From an uncultured Elusimicrobiales bacterium (lineage in GTDB: Bacteria > Elusimicrobiota > Elusimicrobia > Elusimicrobiales > Elusimicrobiaceae): a stretch of DNA of 64,000 nt. Position numbers and translations under genes: made by a program. The notes beneath the pieces were generated by a model, which saw nothing but the letters and a program-made list of their open reading frames with translations, did not search any database and was not told the DNA's origin. Positions 62,136 through 64,000 of this stretch are shown here, piece by piece (position 1 is the first letter of the stretch; every line of letters begins with the position of its first letter). Location: contig CALUXE010000001.1 of assembly GCA_944324675.1 (NCBI GenBank), positions 6,694 to 70,693 on the forward strand, given 5' to 3'.

Positions 62136-62749
62136 GCAAAACGAAAATAAAAGGAAGTATAAACAAACCTGCTTTTAAAATAGCGGCTCTGCGCCAAGGG
62201 GCCGTGAAAGAAGAAAACGGCTTAATCTTTATAGAAGGTTACGCAAACACAAAAAACTCGGCAGACAGATACGGCGACATTCCCGCGCCTCTTTCAAGCA
62301 AACGCGACTACGTATACGAACTGACTCAGTTTAGGAAAAACCCCGTACTTTTGATAGACCATGTAAATCGTTTGGATCATTTGGCAGGCTCGGTCACCGA
62401 AATTTACGAAGACGAGAAAGGATTGTATTTCAAAGCGGTCTTTTCCGCCTCGCTTCACCCGACGGTAGCGCATGCGAGGAAACTCTATCAGGAAGGGCAC
62501 GCTAAAGGCATAAGCATAGCGGGCAGATTTCACTATGAGGATCCACAACGCCCCAATATGCTTACCTTGGCGGAAATATACGAAATCAGCCTCGTCGCCG
62601 TCCCGGCCGACCCTAACAGTCTGGCGGGAATAAGCGAACAAGCCCCCCTCGAGACTGCGGAAGAAACATCTTCGCAAGAACAAGAGGAAAGGAACGCCAT
62701 CGTCAAGGAAGAAATAAACTCCTGGATAGAGGAATTGAAAAAAGGATAA
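62132..62749 (+). CDS. HK97-family phage prohead (maturation) protease
   Basis: FIEGYANTKNSADRYGDI, LLIDHVN (His), GISIAGRF (Ser), EISLVAVPADPNS are typical S78 prohead protease motifs. ATGA overlap with the portal gene. Acidic coiled C-terminus. Confidence 0.88.
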   Translation: MSKTKIKGSINKPAFKIAALRQGAVKEENGLIFIEGYANTKNSADRYGDIPAPLSSKRDYVYELTQFRKNPVLLIDHVNRLDHLAGSVTEIYEDEKGLYFKAVFSASLHPTVAHARKLYQEGHAKGISIAGRFHYEDPQRPNMLTLAEIYEISLVAVPADPNSLAGISEQAPLETAEETSSQEQEERNAIVKEEINSWIEELKKG

Positions 62750-62762
62750 AAGATAAATATTT

Positions 62763-62792
62763 CCGACACCCCACCGTTGAGCGGGGTGTCGG
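62763..62792 (+). terminator. GC-rich hairpin after the prohead protease gene
   Basis: 10-bp stem CCGACACCCC (62763-62772) / GGGGTGTCGG (62783-62792). No U-tract. Confidence 0.5.
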
Positions 62793-62839
62793 GGCCAAAA
62801 GCCGCAATGAAAAACTCTCCGCCCCCTCTGGACAAATGA

Positions 62840-62868
62840 TTGATATTTTGCTTTAATTCACCTATAAT
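62840..62868 (+). promoter_or_regulatory. Near-consensus sigma70 promoter
   Basis: TTGATA (62840-62845), exactly 17 nt, then TATAAT (62863-62868). Lies 31 nt upstream of the ATG at 62900. Confidence 0.65.
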
Positions 62869-62899
62869 ATCTGTATATTAAAAAGGGGACGGATTTCGC

Positions 62900-63436
62900 A
62901 TGAAAAATACAATCTATATTTTGTCTTTTCTGACGCTGAGCTCTTTTTTTGCGCCGTTTCTTAATGCCCAAAGTATAGAGCAAATATCTTATATACCGGT
63001 AAAGCGTGGCAACTACCAACAGCTTATGGTTAAAAAGAAAGCTTATTTCGGCGGCGATTTGACCGTAAGGAACACTCTAACTTCTCACGCGACGTTTCTT
63101 AACATGACTGCAAGCAATTTAACATTAAACGGCAATCCAAACATATCGGTCAACAACAATGTGTTCCTTTCGGGAGTCAATTTAGAAGTAACAGAAAGCG
63201 TAAGAGTATATTCCGGCAATATTCTTACCATCCGCTCCAATAACACGACAATAGATAGAGCATCAGGCCTGGCTAATGTTTACTCCAACAATTTGATTTT
63301 GTCGCAACCCAATACTAGAATAGTCAGGATTTACATAGACGGCCTGCTCTATCCCGAAGAGTGTCTATACCAATGGCAAAGCAACGTGGAAACCGCAGGC
63401 GGCGGCAAATATACAATACTTAAGTGCGCAGACTGA
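62900..63436 (+). CDS. Hypothetical secreted protein (Asn/Thr/Leu-rich, possibly beta-helical)
   Basis: 178 aa. Signal peptide ILSFLTLSSFFAPFLNA|Q. Irregular N-x-(L/V/I)-(T/S) patterning (LTVRNTLTS, LNMTASNLTLNGNPNISVNNNVFLSGVNLEV). Two C-terminal Cys. Confidence 0.6.
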   Translation: MKNTIYILSFLTLSSFFAPFLNAQSIEQISYIPVKRGNYQQLMVKKKAYFGGDLTVRNTLTSHATFLNMTASNLTLNGNPNISVNNNVFLSGVNLEVTESVRVYSGNILTIRSNNTTIDRASGLANVYSNNLILSQPNTRIVRIYIDGLLYPEECLYQWQSNVETAGGGKYTILKCAD

Positions 63437-63453
63437 CATAAACCTAATTTGGA

Positions 63454-63487
63454 AAAACCGGCGGAATTAATCCGCCGGTTTTTTTGC
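63454..63487 (+). terminator. Intrinsic terminator
   Basis: Stem AACCGGCGGA (63456-63465) / TCCGCCGGTT (63471-63480), followed by a T-run. Confidence 0.88.
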
Positions 63488-63572
63488 GGCAAAGAAAAGA
63501 GGGCCCTAAAAATTGGCTTTAATAACTCTAAATTTAGTAAAATATATACATAGAAATATAAGTGAGGTTACT

Positions 63573-64000
63573 ATGCCAAAAACCATAAAGAAAATATCCG
63601 GAGCGAAAACGGCAAAGCCTTCGGCGAAAACGACGCTAAAAGATACTCCGGCTTTATCGGAAGTGAAACAGATTTACAAATTTATGCAAGACAATAATCT
63701 GGGTACGGTCGATTACGAAGAAAAAGGCACCCATATCAGGCTTGTCAGAATGCCGCCGGCGCAAGTTGCGGTGCCGGTAGCCGCGGGCGCATCTGGTGCG
63801 CTTGAACAGGAACAAACTTCGGCCAAGCCTCAATATTCCCAAACGATAAAATCCCCGCTTATGGGCATTTTCTTTAGGGGCTCTTCCCCCTCGGCTCCTC
63901 CGTTCATCAAAGAAGGCGAGAAAGTAAAAGCGGGTACGCCGATTTGCCTTATTGAAGCTATGAAAGTATTCAACGAGGTCAAAGCCACCAGCGATTGCGT
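63573..64000 (+). CDS. accB: Biotin carboxyl carrier protein of acetyl-CoA carboxylase (partial; runs off the right edge)
   Basis: Not in the ORF track because there is no stop in the window. ATG 63573 gives MPKTIKK...LSEVKQIYKFMQDNNLGTVDYEEKGTHIRL...IKSPLMGIFFRGSSPSAPPFIKEGEKVKAGTPICLIEAMKVFNEV, with the EAMK biotinylation motif. Confidence 0.9.
   Translation, partial: MPKTIKKISGAKTAKPSAKTTLKDTPALSEVKQIYKFMQDNNLGTVDYEEKGTHIRLVRMPPAQVAVPVAAGASGALEQEQTSAKPQYSQTIKSPLMGIFFRGSSPSAPPFIKEGEKVKAGTPICLIEAMKVFNEVKATSDC

Larger units (their letters stand above)
60924..62749 (+). mobile_element. Prophage remnant: portal plus prohead protease only
   Basis: Two intact head-morphogenesis genes. No terminase, major capsid, integrase or att-like repeats are visible on either side; flanks are a secreted-protein gene, clpP and accB. 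Confidence 0.7.

Overview
Densely coding bacterial chromosomal segment, mid-40s % GC by eye, with about 55 protein genes. I found no rRNA, tRNA or CRISPR array. The backbone is conserved housekeeping blocks: groES-groEL (left edge, minus strand); yceD-rpmF-plsX-fabG-acpP-rnc; rpsB-tsf-pyrH-(orf)-frr-uppS-cdsA-dxr-rseP-ispG-proS; rimP-nusA-infB; gmk-rpoZ-udg-priA-tyrS-mltG; clpP; accB (right edge). Lineage-specific genes are interspersed and look like a surface or host-interaction repertoire. (1) Three genes fuse a prepilin-type N-terminus (G|FTLxE plus hydrophobic helix) to cysteine-rich C-terminal regions. One is a 1592-aa giant built from three repeat families, including thrombospondin-type-1-like WSxWSxC modules. 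(2) A 1556-aa secreted protein carries two tandem trypsin-fold serine-protease domains. (3) A secreted 8-repeat ankyrin protein. (4) A Hanks-type Ser/Thr kinase is fused to a polytopic membrane domain and overlaps a PP2C phosphatase. (5) A tandem PC4/YdbC-like protein. (6) A GtrA/GtrB/polytopic-membrane-protein glycosylation trio. (7) An orphan, intact HK97-type portal plus prohead-protease pair has no terminase or capsid gene. My best candidate for something undescribed is the pilin-anchored, eukaryote-like cysteine-rich adhesin family, especially 14894-19672. Gram-negative envelope markers (AsmA, an OMP-like C-terminal Phe, pilins) and the abundance of pilin-like genes are reminiscent of Elusimicrobiota. 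That taxonomic assignment is inference only. All calls come from reading translated ORFs and the DNA by eye; no database search was run.
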